Shown here: in pieces, positions 1 to 9,294 of the stretch
Layout: every line of letters begins with the position of its first letter
Position numbering within the stretch: the stretch's first letter is position 1
Assembly: GCA_041659405.1 (NCBI GenBank)
Contig: JBAZYK010000009.1
Span: 47,107 to 79,106 of the forward strand
From: Candidatus Altimarinota bacterium
GTDB lineage: Bacteria; Patescibacteriota; Gracilibacteria; UBA1369
Length of the DNA stretch: 32,000 bases
Reading direction: 5' to 3'
Program-made: the position numbers and the translations under genes
Notes under the pieces: model-generated
Told to the model about the DNA's origin: nothing
The model's database searches: none
What the model saw: the letters and a program-made list of their open reading frames with translations, nothing else

Positions 1-475
1 CATTGGCATTGATTTCAAAAGTTTCAGGCGCATAGGGTTGATCATCCGCAGACGCAACCAATTCAGCGGCCTTATCTGCTTTTACAGGTGCCCCCGAATA
101 ATACTCCTGCATGATTTTTCTAATCGCAGCCAGGCCTTCTGTAATTGACTTCTTCCTATAATCTTCCCTTTCCGCGCGAATACTTTGAGGATCTTTCAAC
201 GCATCTAATTTTTCTATAGCCATTTGTGCCTTACTTTTTAGGAGGTCCCGCATTTGTTGCGTACCAGCTTCGATTTTTTTACCATTTTGAATGTCTCCCA
301 AAACTCTTTTTGTCTCGTTATATTTACGTTCATAGGTATCTTCATCAAAATCAATAGCCGTTTTTGGTGTCACGGAAGCCCTTTCAGATCCTTCACTCGG
401 CGCGGGAGCACTTGCATAAACAAGTCTTTTAGCTAAAACCCCCAAATTGAATTTTGATTGTAAAAAAGTTTTCAT
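1..475 (-). CDS. hypothetical protein, N-terminal part (runs off window)
   Basis: Minus-strand frame opens at ATG (revcomp of cat 473-475): MKTFLQSKFNLGVLAKRLVYASAPAPSEG..., open to the window edge; co-oriented with the next genes. Confidence 0.6.
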   Translation of the reverse strand, partial: MKTFLQSKFNLGVLAKRLVYASAPAPSEGSERASVTPKTAIDFDEDTYERKYNETKRVLGDIQNGKKIEAGTQQMRDLLKSKAQMAIEKLDALKDPQSIRAEREDYRKKSITEGLAAIRKIMQEYYSGAPVKADKAAELVASADDQPYAPETFEINAN

Positions 476-482
476 AAAGTTT

Positions 483-827
483 TTATAAATGATTTAATAA
501 ATTATCGGCTAATGTTGAAGATTGCCCGATTTCGATTTTTTCCTGTTCCACTCTAACATCCTTCTCCATATCGTTTTTTAGCTTTATTACCTGCAATAAA
601 TCCTCCTGCATTTGGGCCTGTTGCTGTTGATCTAAGACTTGCCCGTGTTCAAAACGTTGTGCCTCTTTCATCAGCGTCTGCATCAATTCTTCCTGCCCCT
701 TTTGTGGCAAATTTGCGATTTGTTGCATGAGCGTAGCTTTTTCCTCCTCAGCCAGGCTTTGAATACTGACAGAATTCATTACTAGTTCCCGTAATTGCTG
801 GTTGTTAATTGTTGTGTAATCAATCAT
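483..827 (-). CDS. hypothetical small helical protein, paralogue of 1245..1607
   Basis: 114 aa ORF; N-terminus MIDYTTINNQQLRELVMNSVSIQSLAEEE...ANLP aligns with the 1245..1607 product. Confidence 0.7.
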   Translation of the reverse strand: MIDYTTINNQQLRELVMNSVSIQSLAEEEKATLMQQIANLPQKGQEELMQTLMKEAQRFEHGQVLDQQQQAQMQEDLLQVIKLKNDMEKDVRVEQEKIEIGQSSTLADNLLNHL

Positions 828-833
828 ATTGGC

Positions 834-1199
834 TTAATTAAGCAGTTTTCCGTATTGTTCAATAATTGAATTAATTTTTCCGAGGTTTGCCGCAACAGCT
901 TCCTTACTTAAATATTTCTCTTCTTTAGCAAGGATTTCATCTAAACTGCCCTTAGCTTCCTGCCGTGCTTCTTCAATTTTTGGAGAAGTAGCAGGCTTTT
1001 CTAAAAGATCTAAAGCATTAAATTTTGCCTTTTGATAGCTTTCATCAGCCGCCATAAGACCTTCCTCAGCGGGTTTTTCTGTAGCAGCCGAAGGCAAAAC
1101 GTTAATATTTTTTTGTTGATCTGGGCCTACCTGAAAGATTGTACGAGCAGGCAAAAATGTTATGTTAGAGCCAAATTGTAAGTATTTTATTTTCCCCAT
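834..1199 (-). CDS. hypothetical protein
   Basis: 121 aa ORF, tightly spaced (6 nt) with the downstream ORF 483..827. Confidence 0.65.
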   Translation of the reverse strand: MGKIKYLQFGSNITFLPARTIFQVGPDQQKNINVLPSAATEKPAEEGLMAADESYQKAKFNALDLLEKPATSPKIEEARQEAKGSLDEILAKEEKYLSKEAVAANLGKINSIIEQYGKLLN

Positions 1200-1244
1200 A
1201 TTTTTATTTTAAGATTTTTTATTTTAAACTTGCTGCAATTTTTT

Positions 1245-1607
1245 TTAGAAATTAATTTCCTTCAGCAGATCCTCCGCTTCCCGCTGCGATCTTGCGACTT
1301 CCACTGTTTCGTTTTCCACCCGGACTACAATTTCAAAATTTCTTTTGATTATCCGAACTTCAGCCGTTCTTTTTTCAATAATTTTTATGTCCATTTCAGG
1401 TGTGATCCCTTTTGCTCTTTTGGCTGCCACAATTTGCCTTTGTTCATCTTCCAGCGCCTCGATCATGGGTTGTTGAGCTTCTACAGGCAGATTGGCCACC
1501 TGGAAAATCATTTTTTGGATATTCCCTTCATCCAGCGAATGAATCGACTCAGACGCCATCACCAGGTATCGCAGTTTTTCGTTTTGTATGGGATAGTAAT
1601 AAGGCAT
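1245..1607 (-). CDS. hypothetical small helical protein, paralogue of 483..827
   Basis: ORF track gives 1245..1697; internal start MPYYYPIQNEKLRYLVMASESIHSLDEG is supported by alignment with the paralogue. Confidence 0.65.
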   Translation of the reverse strand: MPYYYPIQNEKLRYLVMASESIHSLDEGNIQKMIFQVANLPVEAQQPMIEALEDEQRQIVAAKRAKGITPEMDIKIIEKRTAEVRIIKRNFEIVVRVENETVEVARSQREAEDLLKEINF

Positions 1608-1686
1608 GTGTCGTAACTTGCTTAAATATCTAAATATTATATCATATAACGGTCGGCAACTCAAATCAGGATGACATAATAAACTC

Positions 1687-2772
1687 ATGAAAATCATTCA
1701 AATTACCGAAAATCAGCAGGAAAAATACAACCAATTTGTCCAAAATCACCCGCTTGGCTCAATTCATCAAACTTGGGAATGGGGCATGTTTCAATGCAAA
1801 ACGCCCGGCCGCGATCGTTTTTATGCCCTTGTTCAGGAAGACGAGCATGGCCAATGGGAAGGTGCCGCTTTGATTATTAGACAACAACTGCCAAAAGGCC
1901 TTTCCTGGCTTTACTGTCCACGCGGGCCGCTGGTTGATTATTCAAATTTGCCAAAATTTTTGCCACTTTTTCAAAAAATCGCCGAAATCGCCAAAAAAGA
2001 AAATGCCGTTTTCTTGAGATTCGACCCCGGATTAACCGAATCTCCGGATTTTTCAAAAACTCCGCCGGCAGAGAATTTAAACTTTCAAAAAACTGTTTCC
2101 AAAATCCTAAATTCCAAATCCGCGCACGCCCATTATCAACCCGAAAGCACACTTATTTTAGACCTCTCTCAATCACCGGAAGAGCTCTTAAAACAAATGA
2201 AACCAAAGGGTCGTTATAACATTAAAATCGCCCAAAAACACGGCATAACAATTTGCGTAAGTGACACCGCGCAAGACCTCAAAAATTTCTACCAACTCCT
2301 CCACCAAACCACCACTCGCGACCAATTTAGTGGCCACGCCCTGGAATTTTACCAAAACATGCTCACGATTTTAGGCCCGCAGAAAGCCAAACTTTACCTT
2401 GCGGAATATCAAACGCAACCCGTCGGCTCTTCAACTTCGCCCGGCCCTCACATCATCGCCGGCTTAATCGCAACTTATTTCAAAGACACCGCCATCTATT
2501 ATTTTGGCGCTTCCAGCAATGAATACCGCAATACCATGGCCCCATATTTGCTTCAATGGCAGGCTATTTTAGACGCACAAAAACTCGGTTATAAATATTA
2601 TGATTTCCTTGGAATCGCGCCGGAAGATCAGCCAAATCACCCCTGGGCCGGAGTGTCCGATTTTAAATTAAAATTTGGAGGCACACGTTTAAATTACGTT
2701 CCTCCTCAGGAAATTGTCTACAAACCGCTCTGGTTCAACGCAATCAAACTCGCCAAAAAATTACGACGGTAG
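1687..2772 (+). CDS. FemAB/FemX-family peptidoglycan interpeptide bridge peptidyltransferase (GNAT fold)
   Basis: 361 aa; QTWEWGMFQ, FLRFDPG, TLILDLSQSPEELLKQMKPKGRYNIKIAQKHG, YYFGASSNEYRNTMAPYLLQWQAILDAQKLGYKYYDFLGI are typical FemAB/BtrH-like motifs. Confidence 0.9.
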   Translation: MKIIQITENQQEKYNQFVQNHPLGSIHQTWEWGMFQCKTPGRDRFYALVQEDEHGQWEGAALIIRQQLPKGLSWLYCPRGPLVDYSNLPKFLPLFQKIAEIAKKENAVFLRFDPGLTESPDFSKTPPAENLNFQKTVSKILNSKSAHAHYQPESTLILDLSQSPEELLKQMKPKGRYNIKIAQKHGITICVSDTAQDLKNFYQLLHQTTTRDQFSGHALEFYQNMLTILGPQKAKLYLAEYQTQPVGSSTSPGPHIIAGLIATYFKDTAIYYFGASSNEYRNTMAPYLLQWQAILDAQKLGYKYYDFLGIAPEDQPNHPWAGVSDFKLKFGGTRLNYVPPQEIVYKPLWFNAIKLAKKLRR

Positions 2773-2849
2773 TACATCAAAAACAGCGCGATCTTGCGCG
2801 ACATGGGCCACCACCACCTCACGCTCTCACCACAAAACAAGCTGGACTT

Positions 2850-5585
2850 TTATGTTTCTCTAATTCTTTTAACTGTCTCAATCATTTGCGCAAAGTTGCC
2901 GGAAACCCCTCCAGTTTGCGCTTTTCTGCCATTTACAAAATAATGGAGCTGATTATTTTCCAGCCAAACAAATAATTGTGTTGGGCCAAAATTGCCCCAA
3001 TCAAGTGTCACATTAGCAACCTGCTCAACCTTATTATTTTGGTCGATCTTAAAATTTATAATTCTGCCAATCGCCGCCCGTTCATTATTGTAATTGTAGG
3101 AATTGGTAATGGTATCAAACAGAATTTCGTGCTGTGAAGCCGTATCTATAGTTTTGAAATGCTGATCTTCTTCAGCCCACGCGCGAATATGTTTCATTTT
3201 TAGGGCAAATTCCGGCAGACTTTCCGCCACTCCTTCACGCATAGAACCGCCATCATAAGCCACATTTTCACGATTAACCCTGTAGCCAATGCGACCAAAT
3301 GGCAAAGCCCGAACATCAACCTTTGCATTTGGATTATTCCAATCCAATTCTACGGTGTAATCATAAGGCGGAGTCTTTTCGGTCTTCTCCACATTGCGAA
3401 CTGTCCCCGTTACTTTTTCGTGTTGTTCAAATTGGTACTTTGATCCAAGCACTTTCAGCATGACTTTTTGCAAAGCTGAACCATCATTCACCGCGCGTAA
3501 AACATCTTCTTTGCTGTTATAAGGTTCCTCAAGTTCACCACCATTATAAGAAATTTTATATTTTCCATCAGGCATTCTAAAAGCACGGAACGCCAGCATG
3601 TAGCCATTAAATAGCAAATCAAAACGTGCTCCATCGGGTTTATCCGCATAAGCATCAATTGCTCTAAGTTGATAAAGATAATTTGGATTTATCGGTTTTA
3701 AATTTTCATGATTTTTTTCAAATGCCGCTGTGATTCTTTCAGGGCTGACCGAAGCACCTTCCGGCGTTCTTGTTTTTTCCTTGGGTCGAGGCTTTTTCAT
3801 AACCCAGTCGTCGCAAATCATATGGCTATGATCGGCATAGTCTACTTTGTAATAGAGTTTCCCATTTACTTCCCGTGCCGGATTATTTGGATTAAATAAT
3901 GTCATTTCTTCTCCGGGTGCAACTGTCACTGTGCGATCAATCTTGCCTTGTTCCGTCCTGAAATAAACAATATTTCCGGGCTTAATTACAAGCTTCCCGG
4001 TATATCCCGCCAAATCAAATTTTGTAACTTCGTGTCCTTTATCCCAATCGCGTGCAATTTCATCAACTGATTCCACTGGTCTTTCGGCAGATGCCGCAGG
4101 TGTAGAAGTTGGAGTAGCTGTTGGGGCATTAGTAGGCGCAGTAGTTGGGGCCACGGCTGGACTCACTCCAAGAGCAGAAGCACCTTTTTTGCCTGCAGCC
4201 TTCTTTCCGGGAGCTTTAGCCTGCACATCCGCAGGGGCTGGCGTCACCACTTTGACTTCAGTAAGAATCCCGGCAGTTGCCAACTTTGGAACCTTTGCGG
4301 CAGGATTAACGTGCCCCTTGTCCAAAGTAGCCCTGATAAGATTGTTCGCTTTGGCTTCCACCACTTTGTTTTCCAATAGATCAAAACCATCCTTCTTAAT
4401 TTTTGCCTTAATTTTTGCATCATCATTCAAATCCAACATTTCTTTAACTAACGGATACAATGGATCATTAATATCAATTTTAAATTGCTCTATTAATTTT
4501 CTAGCCGTGTCATTAAAAGTTGCAATATTTTGCCTTAAAACCGTCAATCTTAATTCTTTTTCCGCCTCTTCCAATAAGTTTCGCGCGGATACTTCGGAAT
4601 GAATTTTATCAAGTGTCTCAGGCTTCATAATATCTTCCACAACTCCTCCATGAATAAAATCAAACTTCAATTCACTTTGCAATTTTTCAGCTTTTCTCAC
4701 GAAAGCCTGAATTTGCCCTTTGCTGATCTCCACTTCCGCTAATGAGTCCGTTAAAAGAGGAATATCCAGTAGCACCTGTTTGTCAGAGCCCCAACTTCCT
4801 CTCCCTTTTCCTTTTCCGGATGTAGCATCTTTTATTTGTTCTAAAGTATCCTCACGAAATTCATCAAATTTAGCCGGGAATTTCTTTTTTGCGCCGTTAA
4901 AAAGGCCTACAAAATAAGCTTTTTCACGCGCGTCCAGGTTCAGATGGGAAAGCTCCTGTTCATATTCGGCAAAATTGGCGATTTTTTTAACCACATCGGT
5001 ATCCAGCTTTGTCCCCATGGTCCAACCCTCACTGGATTTATCAAATGCCGCTTTAAATTTGCCATAAGCCTCATTAGCAGAGGCCTTATCATACATTCCT
5101 AAGCCCGTAAGATACCCAACAACAGATTGATAAGCTTCCCCGTCTTTGTCAGTGCCTTCATAGTCATCAATGCCACCATCTTTTGGTTCAGCCAGCTCTT
5201 CTGCATATTTTACCGCCTCATCAAATTTGTTAGCCTTATTTGGAACAATCTCACTATAAAGTTTATTTAAATCATCGCTTACTTCACGAATCAATGCCTT
5301 TTTATCTTCCTTTTCTTTAAGATCTAACCCTATGCTTTTAAGCTGGTGTTTGTCTTTCAACTTGCCAATTTTAGACTCGATTGATCTTGGATTTGGTCCT
5401 CTTGCGGTTGCCAAAGTACGAATACGTTCAGCCGATTCATTTACGGCTTTATCAAATTCCTGTTTAGAAAAATCCGGCTTCTTTTCCAGTTCAGAAACTT
5501 CCTGAGTCACATATGCCTGTTCACGCGACTGCTCGGGTTTGTTTTGAAATACGAGTCTGTTTGGTGAGAAAAAATGTATTTTCAT
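2850..5585 (-). CDS. large hypothetical protein with Ala/Thr/Pro-rich linker
   Basis: 911 aa uninterrupted ORF; helical N-terminal half, linker APTTAPTNAPTATPTSTPAAS, beta-rich C-terminal half. Confidence 0.8.
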   Translation of the reverse strand: MKIHFFSPNRLVFQNKPEQSREQAYVTQEVSELEKKPDFSKQEFDKAVNESAERIRTLATARGPNPRSIESKIGKLKDKHQLKSIGLDLKEKEDKKALIREVSDDLNKLYSEIVPNKANKFDEAVKYAEELAEPKDGGIDDYEGTDKDGEAYQSVVGYLTGLGMYDKASANEAYGKFKAAFDKSSEGWTMGTKLDTDVVKKIANFAEYEQELSHLNLDAREKAYFVGLFNGAKKKFPAKFDEFREDTLEQIKDATSGKGKGRGSWGSDKQVLLDIPLLTDSLAEVEISKGQIQAFVRKAEKLQSELKFDFIHGGVVEDIMKPETLDKIHSEVSARNLLEEAEKELRLTVLRQNIATFNDTARKLIEQFKIDINDPLYPLVKEMLDLNDDAKIKAKIKKDGFDLLENKVVEAKANNLIRATLDKGHVNPAAKVPKLATAGILTEVKVVTPAPADVQAKAPGKKAAGKKGASALGVSPAVAPTTAPTNAPTATPTSTPAASAERPVESVDEIARDWDKGHEVTKFDLAGYTGKLVIKPGNIVYFRTEQGKIDRTVTVAPGEEMTLFNPNNPAREVNGKLYYKVDYADHSHMICDDWVMKKPRPKEKTRTPEGASVSPERITAAFEKNHENLKPINPNYLYQLRAIDAYADKPDGARFDLLFNGYMLAFRAFRMPDGKYKISYNGGELEEPYNSKEDVLRAVNDGSALQKVMLKVLGSKYQFEQHEKVTGTVRNVEKTEKTPPYDYTVELDWNNPNAKVDVRALPFGRIGYRVNRENVAYDGGSMREGVAESLPEFALKMKHIRAWAEEDQHFKTIDTASQHEILFDTITNSYNYNNERAAIGRIINFKIDQNNKVEQVANVTLDWGNFGPTQLFVWLENNQLHYFVNGRKAQTGGVSGNFAQMIETVKRIRET

Positions 5586-5732
5586 TTTTATTTTTTTTAG
5601 AGCCTCCCAAAAGGTTAATAAATCTATTGATTATACCAGAAAATCAACAATAAAAAAAGCCCCCCGAGCCCCTTCATGAAGGAAATCCGCATTCTGTCAT
5701 CCGTTTTTGGCTATAATTCAACAATATTCTCC

Positions 5733-6227
5733 CTATTTTTCCTCCATTTTAAGCCTGATTGTCTCCGGATCATTAATGTGGTCAATGTACAGGTGAGCAT
5801 CAACGTGATCGACCTCGTGCTGCACAACCCTCGCATTAAAATTCTTTAGTTTCAAAATTTGTTGCCTGCCTTTCACATCCAAAAATTTCACAGTCACGGC
5901 GGAATGTCTGGCGATGGCGTCAAACCGCTTCGGCAAGCTCAAACAGCCCTCTTCATTCAGATCCATTATCGCCGATTTATTCATGATAACCGGATTGATC
6001 ATTCCGACGACCAATTCATGCGGAGTGTCATAATTAAATTTGCAAACCACCACGCGCAAATTCACGCCAACTTGCGGAGCGGCAAGCCCAACTCCATGCT
6101 CAAGTTCCATGGTTTCCTTCATGTCCTCAATAAACTTCAAAAGTTTTTTATCGATTTTTTTGATCACTGCAGATGGTGTCCGCAAAATCGGATTATCCTG
6201 TCCCCGTTCCATTTTTAATCGTGCCAT
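5733..6227 (-). CDS. def: peptide deformylase
   Basis: 164 aa with canonical motifs GVGLAAPQ, EEGCLSLP and QHEVDH. Confidence 0.97.
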   Translation of the reverse strand: MARLKMERGQDNPILRTPSAVIKKIDKKLLKFIEDMKETMELEHGVGLAAPQVGVNLRVVVCKFNYDTPHELVVGMINPVIMNKSAIMDLNEEGCLSLPKRFDAIARHSAVTVKFLDVKGRQQILKLKNFNARVVQHEVDHVDAHLYIDHINDPETIRLKMEEK

Positions 6228-6323
6228 CAGTCGTATTATTATTTATAATTCGGCGAAATATTAGGCAATCTAAACAAAAAAGTAAAGTTTTTTGGCTCTA
6301 GTTGACCATATCACGCCGTAACT

Positions 6324-7313
6324 TTAGCCTACCCATTTTGCGGCAAGAGTAACGTTGTCCGGATGTACTTTCGTAGCCGTGATTAAACTGCCACCAACCT
6401 TAACTTTTGGCTTCCCCTCAGTTCCCAATTTTTGTTCCTCGCAAATTTTAAGTTGAGCCTGTCGTTCCATGGCCAATTCGTAAAGTTTTTTAGGAGCATC
6501 TTTTTTATGTGTTTTTACATATTCACTAATTTCAGTATCGGAAACAATCCCATGAAAACCATCGGAACTTAAAAGGACCACCACTGGACGATTTGCAACA
6601 GGAATTTTCTTGATTATGGCTTCAAATTGAAGTTTGTCGGGGTTAACGTAACTGGTAGGAGAATTTTTGATTTGGAGTTTTACTGCTTCAGTAGTCACCT
6701 GTTCATCTGTAAGATCTGACAATTCATCATCACAAATTTCCGGGTAAAAAATTATTTTCAATGCTCTTATAGCTTTAATTACCTCTTTTCGTGTGTGCTG
6801 AACGTTTACTACGTCATTAAGGCTTGATTGGTCTTCCGAAGCATAAATAATTTCCCCGGTTTCAGCATCCAGAACATGAATTTTCGCGTCACCAACGTGT
6901 CCAACCTCAATTCCGTGTTCATCTCCGTCTTGGTATTCTCGAGCAAGAGCAAGCATGGTTCCTTCTCTAGGGCCAAATTTAGCCCTTTGCATGTTCACGC
7001 AAGCATCATGAAAAATACGATTCATATTTTCTGTTGGATCCAATGTTCTCAAAACAAGTTCGCACACTTCTGCGCCATGTCTTCCACCACCAACACCATC
7101 ACCAACTGCAAGAAATTTATCATCAACGACTCTATAACCGTCTTCATTTGCTTCTTTTCTGCCTTCGGTTAGTTCTCTTCCACCCTTATTTGTAGCTGCC
7201 CAAACGCTTTTATCTGGTGATTCATATTTTGCGGTATCACCAAAGCCAAAAATTTCTTTTGGTGCGGATTCCGCAGGCATCTCGCCTTCTGGTTTTAATT
7301 CAGGACCATTCAT
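6324..7313 (-). CDS. PP2C-like serine/threonine phosphatase domain protein
   Basis: 329 aa; ANEDGY, FLAVGDGVGG, VVVLLSSDGFHGIVSD PP2C metal-binding style motifs. Confidence 0.85.
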   Translation of the reverse strand: MNGPELKPEGEMPAESAPKEIFGFGDTAKYESPDKSVWAATNKGGRELTEGRKEANEDGYRVVDDKFLAVGDGVGGGRHGAEVCELVLRTLDPTENMNRIFHDACVNMQRAKFGPREGTMLALAREYQDGDEHGIEVGHVGDAKIHVLDAETGEIIYASEDQSSLNDVVNVQHTRKEVIKAIRALKIIFYPEICDDELSDLTDEQVTTEAVKLQIKNSPTSYVNPDKLQFEAIIKKIPVANRPVVVLLSSDGFHGIVSDTEISEYVKTHKKDAPKKLYELAMERQAQLKICEEQKLGTEGKPKVKVGGSLITATKVHPDNVTLAAKWVG

Positions 7314-7379
7314 AAATAAAATTTGTTTAAATATTATTTAGGTAGGACATTGTATCACAAAATCGGCAAAAGTCCATAG

Positions 7380-7407
7380 TTGAATAACCCTCTTGGTGTT
7401 GTATATT
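7380..7407 (+). promoter_or_regulatory. putative sigma70-type promoter for proBCA
   Basis: TTGAAT, 16-nt spacer, TATATT; ATG of proB begins only about 9 nt after the -10. Confidence 0.5.
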
Positions 7408-7416
7408 TTCTAGGCT

Positions 7417-8502
7417 ATGTCACAAAAAATTCTCATCAAAGTTGGCACCAACGTTATTTCCAAAGAAGATGGAACTTTGGACGAAAAAATCATGGCCGAA
7501 ATTGTTGACCAGATTTCGCAGTTGAAAAAACAAAACCTGGAAATTATTTTAATTACTTCCGGGGCTGTTGGTGCGGGAAAAAGTCTCATCAATCTTGCCG
7601 ATAAAAATTTGGGCAAAAATGCCGACGTGATCAAACGTCAGATTTTGGCTTCAGCCGGACAAATAAAGCTCATGAATTTATACCTGAAATTTTTTGGTAA
7701 CCATCAGTATAACTGCGCGCAAATTTTAGTAACTAAAGAAGATTTCCGCGATCGCCTTCATTACCTCAACATGAAAAATTGTCTGGAGGCGCTTTTGAAA
7801 AATGAAATTGTTCCGGTCATCAATGAAAATGATGTCGTCTCTGTTACCGAATTAATGTTTACCGATAATGATGAACTGGCAGGCCTAATCGCCGCCATGC
7901 TTAATGTGGATACGGTTATTATTTTGACCAATGTTGATGGCATTTTTGATCAAAATCCTAATAATGAAGGTGCCAAATTACTAAACAAAATCGACCACAA
8001 AACCAACCTGGAAGAATTTATTTCTCCGGATAAATCTTCTTTTGGACGAGGAGGAATGCTCACAAAATCCCGCATTGCCCAAAAATTATCGCTGCTCGGA
8101 ATCACCACGCATATCGCTAACGGCAAACGAAAAAACATCCTCCTTGATTTGCTGAAATCTTCCGATTCTCCTGCCACAACTTTTCTTCCATCCAAAAAAC
8201 TTTCCAGTGTAAAACGCTGGATCGCCTATTCCCGCGGTTACGAAAAAGGCACAGTTTTTATCAACAAATGCGCCGAAGATATTATCACTTCAAAATCAAA
8301 AGCCATCAGTTTATTACCGGTTGGAATTACCAAAATTGAAGGTGATTTTGAAAAGGGCGAAATCATTAAAGTAAAAAACGAACAAGGTGCGGATATTGGC
8401 TTCGGTATGGCACAATATAGCTCCGAAAAAGCCAAAGAATTTTTGGGACAAAAAGGCAAAAGACCACTCATCCATTATGATTATTTTTTTCTTGATCTAT
8501 GA
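7417..8502 (+). CDS. proB: glutamate 5-kinase
   Basis: 361 aa; KVGTNVIS, LITSGAVGAGK, VPVINENDVV, DNDELAGLIAAMLNVDTVIILTNVDGIFD, GRGGMLTKSRIA, and C-terminal PUA-type region. Confidence 0.97.
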   Translation: MSQKILIKVGTNVISKEDGTLDEKIMAEIVDQISQLKKQNLEIILITSGAVGAGKSLINLADKNLGKNADVIKRQILASAGQIKLMNLYLKFFGNHQYNCAQILVTKEDFRDRLHYLNMKNCLEALLKNEIVPVINENDVVSVTELMFTDNDELAGLIAAMLNVDTVIILTNVDGIFDQNPNNEGAKLLNKIDHKTNLEEFISPDKSSFGRGGMLTKSRIAQKLSLLGITTHIANGKRKNILLDLLKSSDSPATTFLPSKKLSSVKRWIAYSRGYEKGTVFINKCAEDIITSKSKAISLLPVGITKIEGDFEKGEIIKVKNEQGADIGFGMAQYSSEKAKEFLGQKGKRPLIHYDYFFLDL

Positions 8503-9284
8503 AAAATAAAATCGCAATCATCGGTGCTGGCAACATGGGCGGAGCTTTTTTTAGAGGTCTCGCCAAACATTTTCCGATTCAGGATTTGCTTCTTTGTGAT
8601 CACAATTTGGATAAGATGAAAGCCCTTGGCGCAAAGGTTTTTTCAACTGATGCCAATGAAATTATCCCCAAAGCTGACATTATTATCTTGGCCGTTAAAC
8701 CTCAATCTTATCTGGATTTTTGCCAAACGATCAAAGTAAAAATGGACCAAAAACTGATCATTTCCATCATGGCCAGAGTCACTTTAAAAACTCTTAAACA
8801 AACAACCGGGAGCGCCAAAATTGTTAGATCCATGCCGAATTTGCCGGCTCAGGTTGAGGCCGGTTTGACCGGTTGGGTAGCCACAAAAGACCTATCGCCA
8901 ACAGATAAAAAAATTGTTGAAAAAATCTTTTCCGCGTTGGGTGATTCGATCGAATTAAAAACTGAAAAAGCATTAAATGCACTCACGCCATTAAGTGGTT
9001 CCGGTCCGGCCTACTTTTTTTATATTTGCGAATTATTAGAAGAGAAAGCCAAAAAAATGGGCTTCACCAAAGATCAGGCCAAAAAAATGGCCGAAAAAAC
9101 TTTCATCGGATCCGCAAAAGTTTTTCAAGAAAACACCATGACGGCGGCAGAGTGGCGAAAAGCGGTAACTGGCAAAGGAGGCACCACCGAAGCCGCTTTT
9201 GACCACTTCCAAAAGAAAAATCTCGCCAAAATTTTTGACGAAGGAATCGAAAAAGGCCAAAAACGCGCCGACGAAACGATCTAA
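8499..9284 (+). CDS. proC: pyrroline-5-carboxylate reductase
   Basis: 261 aa; [51 protein letters not shown]; overlaps proB stop by 4 nt. Confidence 0.96.
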   Translation: MKNKIAIIGAGNMGGAFFRGLAKHFPIQDLLLCDHNLDKMKALGAKVFSTDANEIIPKADIIILAVKPQSYLDFCQTIKVKMDQKLIISIMARVTLKTLKQTTGSAKIVRSMPNLPAQVEAGLTGWVATKDLSPTDKKIVEKIFSALGDSIELKTEKALNALTPLSGSGPAYFFYICELLEEKAKKMGFTKDQAKKMAEKTFIGSAKVFQENTMTAAEWRKAVTGKGGTTEAAFDHFQKKNLAKIFDEGIEKGQKRADETI

Positions 9285-9294
9285 ATTCCCATTC

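Noticed and set aside
4189-4602. 137-aa plus-strand ORF antisense to the 911-aa gene
   Set aside because: Shadow ORF of the long minus-strand gene; no ribosome-binding or promoter support seen.
9199-9294. N-terminal extension of proA from 9199
   Set aside because: Overlaps the end of proC in another frame with Lys/Ser-rich sequence; [12 protein letters not shown] at 9295 gives a normal ProA start and gene spacing.
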